Of a stretch of 55,005 nucleotides of DNA, positions 34,995 through 46,279 are shown piece after piece. The stretch lies in NCBI GenBank assembly GCA_963575745.1, contig CAUYUJ010000191.1, forward strand, positions 62,001 through 117,005, read 5' to 3'. Every line of letters starts with the position of its first letter. Within the stretch, counting starts at the first letter, position 1. The notes below the pieces were generated by a model. It did no database searches, was not told where the DNA came from, and saw only the letters and a list, made by a program, of their open reading frames with translations. This DNA comes from Prorocentrum cordatum (Eukaryota). Made by a program: the position numbers and the translations under genes.

Positions 34995-35820
34995 ATGAGC
35001 AAAGACATCGCGACCATGTTACGCCACGAGATTCACTACAAAAAGTTCTGGATCAATCAATTTCACGATAGACGTATCAACATTTGGGAGAAAACAACAG
35101 ATCGTGAATGGAAGATTCCAAGCATTTGGACATCCTTTCAGGAAATGGTTCAATGGAAATTCAAAGATCGCAAAGATAAGCACAATGGACTGTCCATGGA
35201 CGCTGCAGTGTCACACTTCAAGAAAGATGGTGCAAATCATGGATATGCCGATTGGAACGATTACTACCCGATCTTCATCATTCGTGCGTTCCAGAAACAT
35301 ATTGATCCGCAGAAAAATAGAATTGAGATATACGCCAAACCAATCCCCGAGGGAGATGACCCCAGCTGTTTCGATTGGAACAGCGTCATTGCCATTCGAT
35401 GTGTTGGAGGTCGCAGTTGTGTCAACCCACTTTCCAAACCATGGAATATGGGATGGGAGAGCCTGCGATGGACAGATGTGAAATACCTCCACCACGGCAC
35501 AGCACTCCGTGCTTGGCGCAACATCTTGAAGACAGGGGCCATTCCAGGCTACAGCGGCCCATCTTCTCAGAGAGACAAGCATCACAAACCATCGCAGCGC
35601 TCGGAGGCATTCTTCAGTTCCAGCACATATTTAGACAATGTCCAGAAGAATCCCCACACCTCAGTAGAGTCATATAAGTTCAATAACTACAAGAACGAGG
35701 TCGAGCTAGTGATCAATATGGAGATCGCCACAAAAGCAGGTTGCAGATTTTGGCTGGGCGCTCAATGAGCTATCATGACAGAGGACGTGGTTCCAGCTGC
35801 GGCAGTTATTGCAATTCGCC
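34995..35820 (+). pseudogene. Tpt1/KptA-like RNA 2'-phosphotransferase (ART-fold) domain in the copia extension
   Basis: SKDIATMLRH (SKxxxxxLRH), KNRIE (KxRF), IRCVGGRS (IRAxQGHS), YLHHGT...AWRNILKTG (HGT...W..I...GL), RSEAFFS (RxHVHxS), LVINMEIATKAGCRFWLGAQ*AIMTEDVVP (IDxxxAxxxGxxFxxSxNGVILT..VP). One in-frame TGA at 35766. Confidence 0.8.
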
Positions 35821-38800
35821 GCCTCAAGCCACATCACATGCACGGCCAGCAGATATGGCCAGGCGGCGCCACATGGGATTACCCGCCATTGGCCGCGAGA
35901 CCGCCATTGAGCAAGTACGAGATTTGCGCCTACCTCCCTGGAGAGTTCATCGAAGACCCTCCTGGGATTGCACCTGCTGACACGGATCAGAACATGGAGC
36001 AGCCAAGGACAACGTCAGCATCAGCAACTTCGGCTCAGCTGGGGGCAACCCCTGTCGGCCGTATATCTGCAGCCGATGCCTTGGATGAGCAAATGGTCCG
36101 TGCTATGATTCGGGACACCAATCACAAAGCAGATGATAAAGAGTGGTTAATTGCCCTGTCATGCTGCCGAGAGGCTCTTCGACCTATTACATCAACGATT
36201 ACACAAAAAGATTGGGATCGTCGCCCTGCATTTAATGATGTTCGCATGGGGGACTTCATCATCATTAAGAATGGGGGATCTATCAAATGTTATCATTATG
36301 ACAATCACTACCCCAAGGGCAATCACAATACCAAGATCCCCATGACTAAGGGCCACATATATGGTCCAATCATTCATTTCGGCGTCTTTGACAAGTTCTT
36401 CGCGGTACAGATACCTATTCTCAACTACGGTTTACGATGGGTAAACATATGGTACAATGACAAAAGCATGCCTCTCAAGGGCGTTGTCTTTGCATTGCCA
36501 ATTCGTATCGACGAACATGCCATTGACCCGACATATATGGATACTGTCCTGGAGGGACCATCTTCATGCCGTGACAAAATACTTCAGCACAAACTGATGG
36601 CAGTTTGCCATATCTTGGTATGCCGAGCATTTATAGACCACGCATTCCACGTACACCGACCAGACGGCCCGCTCTTCGGACACCCGATCCCGAAGAGCTG
36701 GTGGCCACACCTGCTGAAGATACCGCTCCTACGGACGATGGACCTCATCAAACTGTAGGCTCATCTGATGAACCTTTGGTTGCCGTTATCGCGGACATAT
36801 CGAGCATATCGCTCACCGCTGAAGAAAAAGCAGCAAACGACAATATGAGAGCAGATCTATCAGCAGAAATCCAAGCAGATGAGCACGTTGATGCGAGCAT
36901 ACTCGACAACATTATTGACCCGCCAGAAGACTTCCTCAACCACCCAGATTACGACCCAGACGAGGATTCAAGGTGGATTAAACAGTCAGATGGCCGCCGC
37001 ATATAGCGCTGGACGTCGGAGTTGTTGGTGGATTCGCCTATGATAAAGATGAAACAAATCATCGAGATACACAGTGGCGCGGACAGAATTGTAATGGACA
37101 AAACACAATCGCACTCACGATTTGAGATTCAATTCGGATCGAAAGCATGGAATGCAGAGTCATACCATTCGAATTATGATCATACCCACAAATGGGCACG
37201 TGACTTGCCAATTTGCAGTGCAGACCACTTTTTCAAAAAGTTGGTGCGCAACCTGGACCCAGAGACCATCGAGGAGTCGACTACAGGCGTCTTTCAATGG
37301 ATCTCCAAAGTATATCAAACCCTTTTGATGGACAGTATTGCGGAGCTTCGTGACTTCACAAAATATGCCATCCATCAGAAACATCCTGCACTCCAAACGT
37401 TGCGTGATCTATTTAAACATTGTATCGACACATTCGGTAATCCAGACTTCCCCGTATGGAAGGAGCTGGTGGAAACACCTGCCGCGCCGCGTGATCACGG
37501 CGCGGAGCAGGATATTCCCCAGGACCCAGGCAGTGTTGCATCCGCAGCTCCTGATCAAGAAACCATGGTACGTATCATAGCCGAGCAGACGGGAGTCAAA
37601 CGCGAGGAGGGCGATAACGAGTCCGCCTTGCAGGAGAAGGCTCGCCGTCTTCGTACTGAAAACATATGCCATGGTGGTACTGAGGATGCGGACAACGACA
37701 CGACAGAGTACATAGGACTGCCAGGGGAAAGATTGTCTAGGATCGAGATCGAGGGATTGAGTAGATCAATCGCTTCCCGGCCGGACGCCGAGATCAACCG
37801 CGAAGCCATTGATCAGATCGGCCGTAGTCTTGCTCGTGGTCAGGATACTCGCTGGGGATCTCGTGAGCACCTCACGACGGAGGGAGCCCCAGAAACGATC
37901 CTGCATGATATCGCGCTATGTCAGAATTGCGGTCGAGACTTATCCCTTGGGATCGTCACAGGTGATGGTACCCTTTGTGACATCTTTTGGCAGTACACCG
38001 TGGCCGTAGGTGCTACGGGTAAGAGTGCCGCCGTCCAGAGCGACCTAGCATACCTCCAGAAGCTGACCAACTGGATCAAGATGACGCTCTCCCAGGATGA
38101 CATCACGAGGTACATGAGAGACGGAGCGCAAGTCATTATGACGGGCGCGCGATCACACCCAGGCAATGAGAAAGATTCGCTGAGGAGTATGGCTAATGTG
38201 TCTAGGAAGAGGTATCAGAAGTGGATCGAATCTGGTAGCCCTCCTGCACACGAGTGCAGACTGATGGGCGAGGCTAGTGACGACAGACCTCTGTACTACC
38301 CATATGCCAATCTCGTTCAGCGCTTTCTCAACGATTTGAAGTTCCACCACCAAAGGACAGGCGCTCGCGTGAACGTGGGCAAGAAGGCCTGGAGCGTGGA
38401 CGACATGCGTGATGCATGTGCGATCCTCGATGTCAGCATCAGGACAGGACAAGCTGGTCGGAAGAAATGGTGGCTGAACGAGGGCCGACTCGACAGGCAA
38501 ACGCGGCAGGCTCGCGGACTTGTCACGATTGCCCTCCCTAGAAGGGATGGCACCCGTGAGAAAGTCACGCAGCGCAAGCTTGCTGCGATTGCTAACGAAT
38601 TGTTGGGCTCCCTCGATCCGTCGCATACCGGCCAGAGGGGGGTTGATTCAGGGATGAGAACCGATCCGATCGAACCTGATACACACTCCCATCAGTCTGA
38701 GGATGCCATGGAGCCGCGCCATCCGCCGCCGCCGCCGCGCCCTGCCCCTGGCGATGCTGCACAGTCCAGCGCCTCTGGCGCGACGGACCACATGCCCGCG

Positions 38801-39085
38801 GGGCCACGCGCCAAGCGAGCGCGTACCACAGATTACGCCGCATACTGGCGCGACGACCTTGAGGGCAGTCATTGGGGCCTCAGGTATTGGAGCTACTACA
38901 TCAACTGTTGGATCTACATCGCGATGAACAACGATGAGTTCGTATACATCCACGACATCCAGTACAATGATTGGTTTCGTCACTGGATCCCGAGGACATA
39001 TTGGGAGACATTCACGACGAGCTACGTGACGTACAATGGCCAGAGGATGTGGGACCGCAGGTTCTACAAGAACGGCAGCGCGTAG
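35821..39085 (+). pseudogene. Copia extension, C-terminal ~1,090 aa of unknown function
   Basis: ORFs 35775-36758, 36605-37006 and 37022-39085 are linked by one frameshift and one in-frame TAG. Includes CQNC and a Trp/Tyr-rich tail. Confidence 0.65.
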
Positions 39086-39750
39086 TGAGTCGGCCGCAAG
39101 GCCCACCGCTCAAAGGCTTGAGCTTCATTATAATCAAAGTTCGCCTTGAGCGGTGGCTATTCCATACTTCTAGGCCACTTCATTATACAACACAAGTGGC
39201 CACACAAACAAACATCTTTTGCGATGGCCGAGGCAGCCTCCTAAGGAGCAATGCCAACGGGAGTCGCCAAATAGAATTTATCTTCATGCAGCTTTCGTGT
39301 TTGTCAACACGACATTTCGTCTGGCCAGACATTTGCTTTTACATATAGTTGCGTTCCGTAGCGCGATCGTGTTCATCAACGCGATCTCAGCGTGCATATT
39401 CATTACAACATAATCACATTGCGTTGAGAATAATCTGACAGCTGGTGGCAACACCTGCCTCGCAAAAGCGAGGCAGATTACAAGTTGCTTTATTGCTCAG
39501 ATCTTCTTTCTCCGCCCACCCTTGTCTCATTCTTCTCCGCCCTCGAGTGCCGAAGCGTTTTGGGGGGCGCGCCGAGGGGGCGCCAAAGTGTGTTTAGCCA
39601 AGAAATGGGGACCCAGGGTGTTCCTTCTTACTTCACTTTGCAGCTGGGGCTATACTGACTTTAAGCTCAGCTGCCTGCAGACTTAAGGATTAAAGGAGTA
39701 AAAGGGTGACGGATTCTTTTCCTCTGTTCCCGAGTCCTACCCTCGCGGGC

Positions 39751-39768
39751 GGGATTCGGGACGGGGTG
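39751..39768 (+). promoter_or_regulatory. Polypurine-tract-like sequence
   Basis: gggattcgggacggggtg immediately 5' of the 3' LTR. Confidence 0.55.
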
Positions 39769-39965
39769 TGTGAATAGAACCTGTGTAATACCCTCATATA
39801 TACTCCTTATCCTTACCTCTCCTGCGCCTGGCCGTTTGGGCTCAGGTATTGGGACAGATCGATCAGACCTTTGATCGTGCAGGAGGGAAAGGCATCCATC
39901 TATCCCTCCTTCCCTCTACCAGCGGATCAGGGGTTCTGTGCCCTTGTACTTCAACCCCACTCACA
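39769..39965 (+). repeat. 3' LTR
   Basis: tgtgaatagaacctgtgt...ccccactcaca, followed by the TSD atagg. Confidence 0.97.
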
Positions 39966-42900
39966 ATAGGTCCCTACAATAATTATTGTCATTCTGAGAA
40001 GTGACCCTCTAGAAGATAACCGTCTGACAATTCTCAGTCTTGCCAGCACTCGATTTCTGGAATTTCAATGGGACTTCAACGCCTCGGATCAAAATGATTG
40101 CTGCGCCCTGACAGTTCTGAAGTGATCCTGATCACCATGCCTGGGACTTCAACGCCGAGGATAAACGTGACTGCTGCGTCCCGACAATCTTCAATCGTGC
40201 CAGAACGCCGTTTCTGGGACTTCTTCAACCATCTGAATTTTCAAATGCTGTAAAATGTCTACACGAATGTGCGCGGCGCAATTGCGAGAACCACATTTTG
40301 AAAAAGGAACGTGCCGCTTCGGCCGTCTTGGGCTGTATGAAGGCGGCAACCGCGAGAACACGAACATCATGTTTTCTTTATCGAGTGAGTCAATGAACGT
40401 TGCATTCTGAGGCCTTCTTGGGGCGTCTCGAGGTAGTCTTCGGCCGTCTTGGGGCCACTGTGGGCTTCTGTTTCGTCGTCTTCAAACCATGTTCAGCCGT
40501 CCTGGAGACATCTTAGCGCATCTGGAAGCCATCAGGGCTCTTATGGACTCACTTGCTCTTGAACACATTTTGGAGCCCTCCTGAGCTGGCTGTGGGCCCC
40601 CAAAGGCAGAGGGACTCGGCCGTCCAGGGGTCCTCCAGGGGTCGTTTAGGGTCGTCTGTGCTCCCCCCCCCTCAAGCGGGCGCTGTAGGGTCCAGGGGGG
40701 GGGTCTGGGGGGGTCAGGTGGGACGGGGGCGAGGACCGGGATAAATCGCTCCAGAGCGTTCCAGAGCGCTCTCAGAGCGGTCCAGAGCGCTCTGGAACGG
40801 CCCCAGCGCCCGATACAGTTCAGCATGTTCCAGAACTGCCGGACCCCGGAGTTCCCTGATCTGCCTGGGTCTTGTCCCTGCCCTGGGATCGTCTTAGGAG
40901 GGGTCGGGAGTAGCTCACACGCCTGGAGGCCCCCAAGTGCTCCCGCTTTGCCTGCGCCCGTTCGCTTCGCACAGCGGTCGCGGCCGAGTCAGGCAGAGCG
41001 CTGTGGTCGCTTCCCCCCCTCCCCCTCCACAAACAGAACCGCCTGGCTCTTCTGCACATGGGCCAGCTTCTCCTCCTCCTCCTCCTCCTCCTCCTCCTCC
41101 TCCTCCTCCTCCTCCTCTTCCTCCTTCTTGATAGTGTGCTAGAAGCCGGGCACGGCGCCGGCCAGGATGTTGTGGCACGGCTGGAGGACGCTCAGCTGGT
41201 ACCCGAGGATCGGGGAGGACAGACGATGGAGAGACGCCCACGAGCGGCCTGCTCCACGAGCGGTCGGTCCTCCCGCCTGCCTCTGCTCGAGCCCCGCCGC
41301 CCGCGCTCCGCCAGCGCCCCGCCGGGCAGCCCCTGGCCGCCACGGCCCGCGCTCGTGATCGCGCGCGCACGAGCGGCGGCCCGCGCCCCTGGCGCGCCGC
41401 GGCCAGGCGGCGCCGCTTGCGGCGAGTGCTTCGGGGGAGTCGAAGAAGACAGATCGCCATGCCCATCGGTCGCTGAGAGTGGGCATTTCTGGCTTCCCGG
41501 ATCCCAATCTACTCTGGGCGCCTTCCTTGTTCAAAAGGGTCGGTTTTTTTTGCTCCTTTCCTCCCCTTCAGGGGGCGGGCGGAAGCCCAATCTTCTTCCG
41601 ACGCCTTCCTACTTCATGTTTCTACCCACTTCTTCCGACCGATGGGTAAACATAAACATGCGGCGCTCCGCGCGGATTCCTGGTGCCCTTGGCGCCGCCC
41701 CTGGCGCGCTCCGCGCGCCGGGGAGGGGGGGGCCAGCGCGGATCCAAGAAGTCCGCGTGGAGCGCCAAAAATTTACGTTTATGCCGTGCTTTCCTCTTCT
41801 AGGGAGGGGGAGGCTCGCCAGCGGCTCGCGTTTCCGGCCGACAGCTCGCGCTCCTGCTGGGGCGTCGGTCACCCCTGGGGCGTCGGCCGACCCTGCGGGT
41901 CCAGTCGCTGCTGGGGTGTCGAACACCCCGGGTGGGGTTCACTTGGCTGCAGGCATCCTTCAAAGTTTTGACCCCCCGCCAGGTTTTCAGGGACTTGACC
42001 TGCAGGGCTTTGCTAGGGCTCACGCGTGGACGTCTGTAGTTTCGGCCGATCCTCGTCTACGTCGTCGTTCTGGCGGTTTTGGGCCGCTGCTGGAGGTTCT
42101 CCTGGCTGCGGGCGCGGCTCGAAAGGCTGGCCAGGATGCACCTCCAGAGGCGCCCGCGGGGACAGGTCTGGGGCGGAGGCCTGGGTCGGGAGCGGCGCGA
42201 GGAGGGGAGACCCTCGAAGGGGGCAGGACTTCTGCTGTTCGGCTGGTTTCCGCGCCCGTGCTCTCGCGCCCACGGGCCTCACGCCCTGAGCCTGGCTCCC
42301 CCCGCTCCCTGGGGCCCCTGCCCCCCTGTGCCCTCCCTCCCGCCTTGCGCTCTCTCGCCCCCTGTGCCCGCTTCGTCTGCCCCATGCAGCCCAGTCCAAG
42401 CTTGACCGCGACGGGTCCGCTCCGCATCGGCCACGCGCAGAGGGGGGGCAGAGGGGGAGGGGGAAGGCTCTGCTCAGCAGGACCCCTGCTTCTTAGAAGG
42501 CGCGGGCCTTCTGTTGAGACGTGAGGCTGGCGCCTTCTGAGAAGCAGCCTCCCTTGGAGGAGCCTTCCCCCCTCCCTCTGCCCCCTCTTCTGCGCGCTGC
42601 CGTTTCAAAGTCGAAGAGAGGTTCCGCATGCGCTCGGCCTCCTCGCTGGGCGGTCGCACTCGCTTTGCGGACCCCCTGGTGGCCTCGAGCGGCATCTCGG
42701 AGGCGCGCCGCCCCTGCTCGATCCGGGGCTGCTGCTTGGCCACGAGGCCCGTTGGAGGACCCCCCCGGCGGCTTGTGAGCAGGCCTGTGCCTTCGCAGAG
42801 GGCGGTGACGGGGCTGGGCCTGGACCGCCGGCGTCTGGAACCACAGTCAGCACGGCAGTTTTTCCTCCATCCTGCGGCATGTTGTGTGTGGTGCTTCGGG

Positions 42901-43532
42901 ACCGTTGGGGAACAACCCGGGACGAAAAGCTAGCCACTGGAGCCCATGGAGCTTTGGAGCGCATGGATAGAGAGGTCTGGAGCGCAGGGATCGAGAACAA
43001 CAAGCAATGCGCCCACGGATTGCGAACAAACAGTCTGCCCACGTATTGAGAACAGCAAGCAAAGCAATCCGCCGGAGGTCTGGATGCCAGTGGGGCGAAG
43101 GGATTTACAAGGAAGTTCGCGGTTCGATCGGTTGCGTTCGGTCGGTTGGGTTCGGTCGATGGATGTGCCGTTTCTGCGTCGCTGTGCCCTTCATGGCTGT
43201 TTGCGGCCTGCCGGTTTCGCTCAATTTCGTTTCGGTTTCGCTATCGCTTTGGTAGGTTTTCGGTTGTGCCGTCGCCCTGGTCGGCCTTGGCGAGCCAGTG
43301 CACTCTATTTTCTGGCCCTGCTCTTGACCGTAATTCCTGTTGCGCAAAGCGATGCAGTTTGGGCTTGGCCCATCAAGGGACCAGCGTCCGTGCACGACGC
43401 GATTGCAGTTCAGTTTCACGTGTCTTTGCTGCCGTGGATGAGGAAGAAGAGGAGGTGGAGAAGGCAGAGGCAACAGAGGGCATTGGGGGGAAGGATGCGA
43501 AGGAGTCGAGGGGGAGAGGGAAAGGAGACGGT

Positions 43533-44345
43533 GGAGGAGGAGGAGGAGGAGGAGGAGGAGGAGGAGGAGGAGGAGGAGGAGGAGGAGGACCAGTGTAAAT
43601 CCAAGGCTCGCCAACGATGCTGGAATACACCATTCCTCCAAGCTCCCTCTTTTTCAGGCCCCTACAGGAGTTCATTCCCACTGAGGGAAATGCCCAGTTG
43701 GGGGACAATCGTGTGAAAATCCTGAAGCGTGCCCAAACCACAGGTTAACCTGACTGTTACGTGTTGGCGTTCTTGGATCGTGCCAGATGGCCTTTTTCTT
43801 TTGCGCCTTGACAATCCTGAATCGTTCCAACGCCGTTCTGGTGCGTTAACCATGGGAATCAGTGAAACTCCAGCACATGTATAAATTTCATGTGCACGGC
43901 GTCAAGGCGAGAGATCCTTTTCGAGAAGGAACCGCCCTCAATCCGTGAACATGTTGAAAGCGAATGTGCGCGGCGCTAAAGCGAGAGCCACATTTTGAAA
44001 AGGAACCGCCCTCAATCTGTGAAGTTCGGGCACATGTTTAAGAGGAATGTGCGCGGCGCTAAGGCGAGAACCACATTTAGAAGACGACATGCCCTCAACT
44101 TGTGAACCTCTCACAATTTGTCCAAACGAATGTACGCGACACTAAGGCGCGAGACACATTTTGAAAACGACCCGCACTCAATCCGTGGAGCTCCAGCAAT
44201 CTTTTGAGACGAATGTGCGCGGCGCTAAAGCGGGAGTCACACTTTGAAAATGGTCCGCCTTCAATCCGTGAAGCTCTTGCAGCATAAGAAACGAATGCAC
44301 GCGGCGCTAAGGCGAGAGACACATTTTGAAAGCCACCCGCCCTCC
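43533..44345 (+). repeat. Dispersed repeat: (GAG)n, conserved block, then ~82-bp tandem array (~6 units, 43870-44345)
   Basis: gaggaccagtgtaaatccaaggctcgccaacgatg resembles 21951-21985 and ~8495-8530. gaatgtgcgcggcgctaa(a/g)gcgaga..cacattttgaaaa repeats at ~82-bp spacing. Confidence 0.75.
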
Positions 44346-46213
44346 ATCGCTGCAGCCGTTGCCAATGATCAGAACTTGTAAGGAAGTCTCAGGCGAAACG
44401 CCCGGCCTGCCCTTTCGACCGGCCTCTGGATGCGAAAGGGAGGAGTTATTCATAAGGAAGAGGACGAGCAGGAGGAGGAGGAGGAGGAGAAGGAGGAGGA
44501 GGAGGACGACGAGGACGAGGACGAGCAGGAGGAGGAGGAGGAGGAGGAGGAGCAGGCCGAGTCGGGCGATGTGAGGAGAAAGGATGGAAGGGGAGGAACA
44601 GGGGAGACGGACGCGGCGCGGTGGATGGGAGCGTAACGTGTCGCGGGATGGCGGAGAGGGTGGATGAAGGAACGGAGCAGGCGGGAAGGCGACGGCTGGG
44701 AGGGGGCAGTCGAGCAAGAGGGAGCCGCTGGGGGAGGCAGGGCAGACGAAACCCCCGCGGCCCCACGAGGCTGCTGGCCGCGCGGTGGGGCGCGAGGGCG
44801 GCGCGGCGATGAGCATCCAGGACCTGCTCTCCCCCGCTCTGGTGTGGGTTTGGGGATGGGGAGGGCGGTCAGAGTTGAGGTCTTCTTTGGGGCCTTGCCG
44901 CAGTGCTTGATCGATGCCATCCGTGTCTTCACGGTGGTGTCTTGGGCCCATCCTCTATGGGTGATCGTGTCACTGAGTAGGCCTGGTACCTGGGTTGCTC
45001 GGCGGTCTCTCACGGGGCCTTTTGCCATCCTGTTGGGAGTAGGCGGAAGAAAACCCAGGGCGCGTTCGCGATGCTGCCAAACACCTTCCCGCACCAACCA
45101 CGTATACTCATGCACCCATGCAGGGCCGACTGCACACTGCTAGCAGCGCCGTCCCTCCCTCCCAGGGGGGCGGGGGGAATGGGAGAGTCGGCCCCAGCGG
45201 GCGTGCCCCTGCGACCGAGGACGCGGATGTGGAGGCGGGTGGGGGCGAAGACAGCGGCGGAGGAGGTGGGGGACGCCGAGGACTGGTGGAGGATGGGTGG
45301 ATGTGTGGAGGGCCGGATCTGATCTTGGTGACAATGTCGACGAGGACGGCCATTTCGATGGCGATGGCGATGGTGTTTCGGTTGAAGATGTTGTTGATGA
45401 CGACGATGCTGATGCTGACGCTCATACAGATGACGACGACGATGGTGCCCACGATATTCATACTGAACACCATGTGGAGCATGCTGCAGTCAGGTGCATC
45501 AGTATCTGCCAGAGGGCATTCAAGTACCTATGCGTATACAGCAACCGAGGTGGATGCCCCAGCGTCCCAAGCTCAAACACCGAAAGCCAAGCCAGTCCGC
45601 GTCTCAGACCCACGCCAGGGGAGAGGCGCTCTTCGCGATCAAATCTCCTGTCCACGTCGCGGTGCCGCCTCAGCCTTGGCACAAATCCGCGTGTAGCACT
45701 GGCCAAGCGCGTCGCAGGAATTTGACATTCCGACGCTGGGCAGGGCAGATCAGCAACTTCAGCAGCTTTCCTCGTCCGTCCTGTTATCTAGTGCTTGGGA
45801 CGCGTGTGCAGGCGTCCATGCGTCCTCCGTTGTTCATTGTGCCCCTCAGTGGTGGCATGGAAGATTGGGGAGGCAGAAAGGATGGCGAATGGGAAGGTAT
45901 TGAGGCGAGTCGGGGGAAGAAGGGAAACCATAGTAGAGATGATGAGGGATGTGAAGTGCATCCGCTCAGTGGTAGGCGGGAAGGATCAGAGAGGGAGGGA
46001 CATGGAAAGGCGAATTGGGAAGAGGGGAATGGAGGAGGGGAGGCCGGGAGGGGGTGGGGGTGGGGGATTGAGGGGATGGATGGAAGGCGTGTTTTGGAGA
46101 GTGTGGAGAAGGGAATCTCTGAGAGGGGTGGGCTGTTGGGTGGGGGAAGCTTCTCCTCCTCCCCCCCCACCCTCTCTGGCGACGCAGGAGAGGGGGGGCT
46201 CTGCCTGCGCCAG

Positions 46214-46279
46214 GAGCTGGTGGAGAGCCTCGCAGCAAGGTTCCCAGACGACGCTTGCGATCTGAATGATGCGCTGGAG
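46214..46279 (+). CDS. Candidate host exon (ELVESLAARFPDDACDLNDALE)
   Basis: ccAG|G acceptor, GAG|GT donor, 22 whole codons; joins the next candidate exon to give a SAM-like sequence. Confidence 0.4.

Larger units (their letters stand above)
22023..39965 (+). mobile_element. Full-length giant Ty1/copia LTR retrotransposon (17,943 bp), decayed
   Basis: 197-bp LTRs (TGTGA...TCACA) at 22023-22219 and 39769-39965 with 6 differences by my count. 5-bp TSD ATAGG at 22018-22022 and 39966-39970. PBS and purine-rich PPT present. Domain order PR-IN-RT-RH. Confidence 0.97.

Noticed and set aside
28567..37006. Stop-codon reassignment or programmed read-through to explain the in-frame stops in the copia polyprotein
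   Set aside because: All three stop types occur along with frameshifts and decayed motifs, and the LTRs are ~3% diverged. Ordinary post-insertion mutation is simpler.
41058..42524. 488-aa ORF and neighbouring long GC-rich ORFs (40.8-48 kb)
   Set aside because: Low-complexity R/P/A/G translations starting in (CCT)n, with no recognisable domain; typical of GC-rich intronic DNA.
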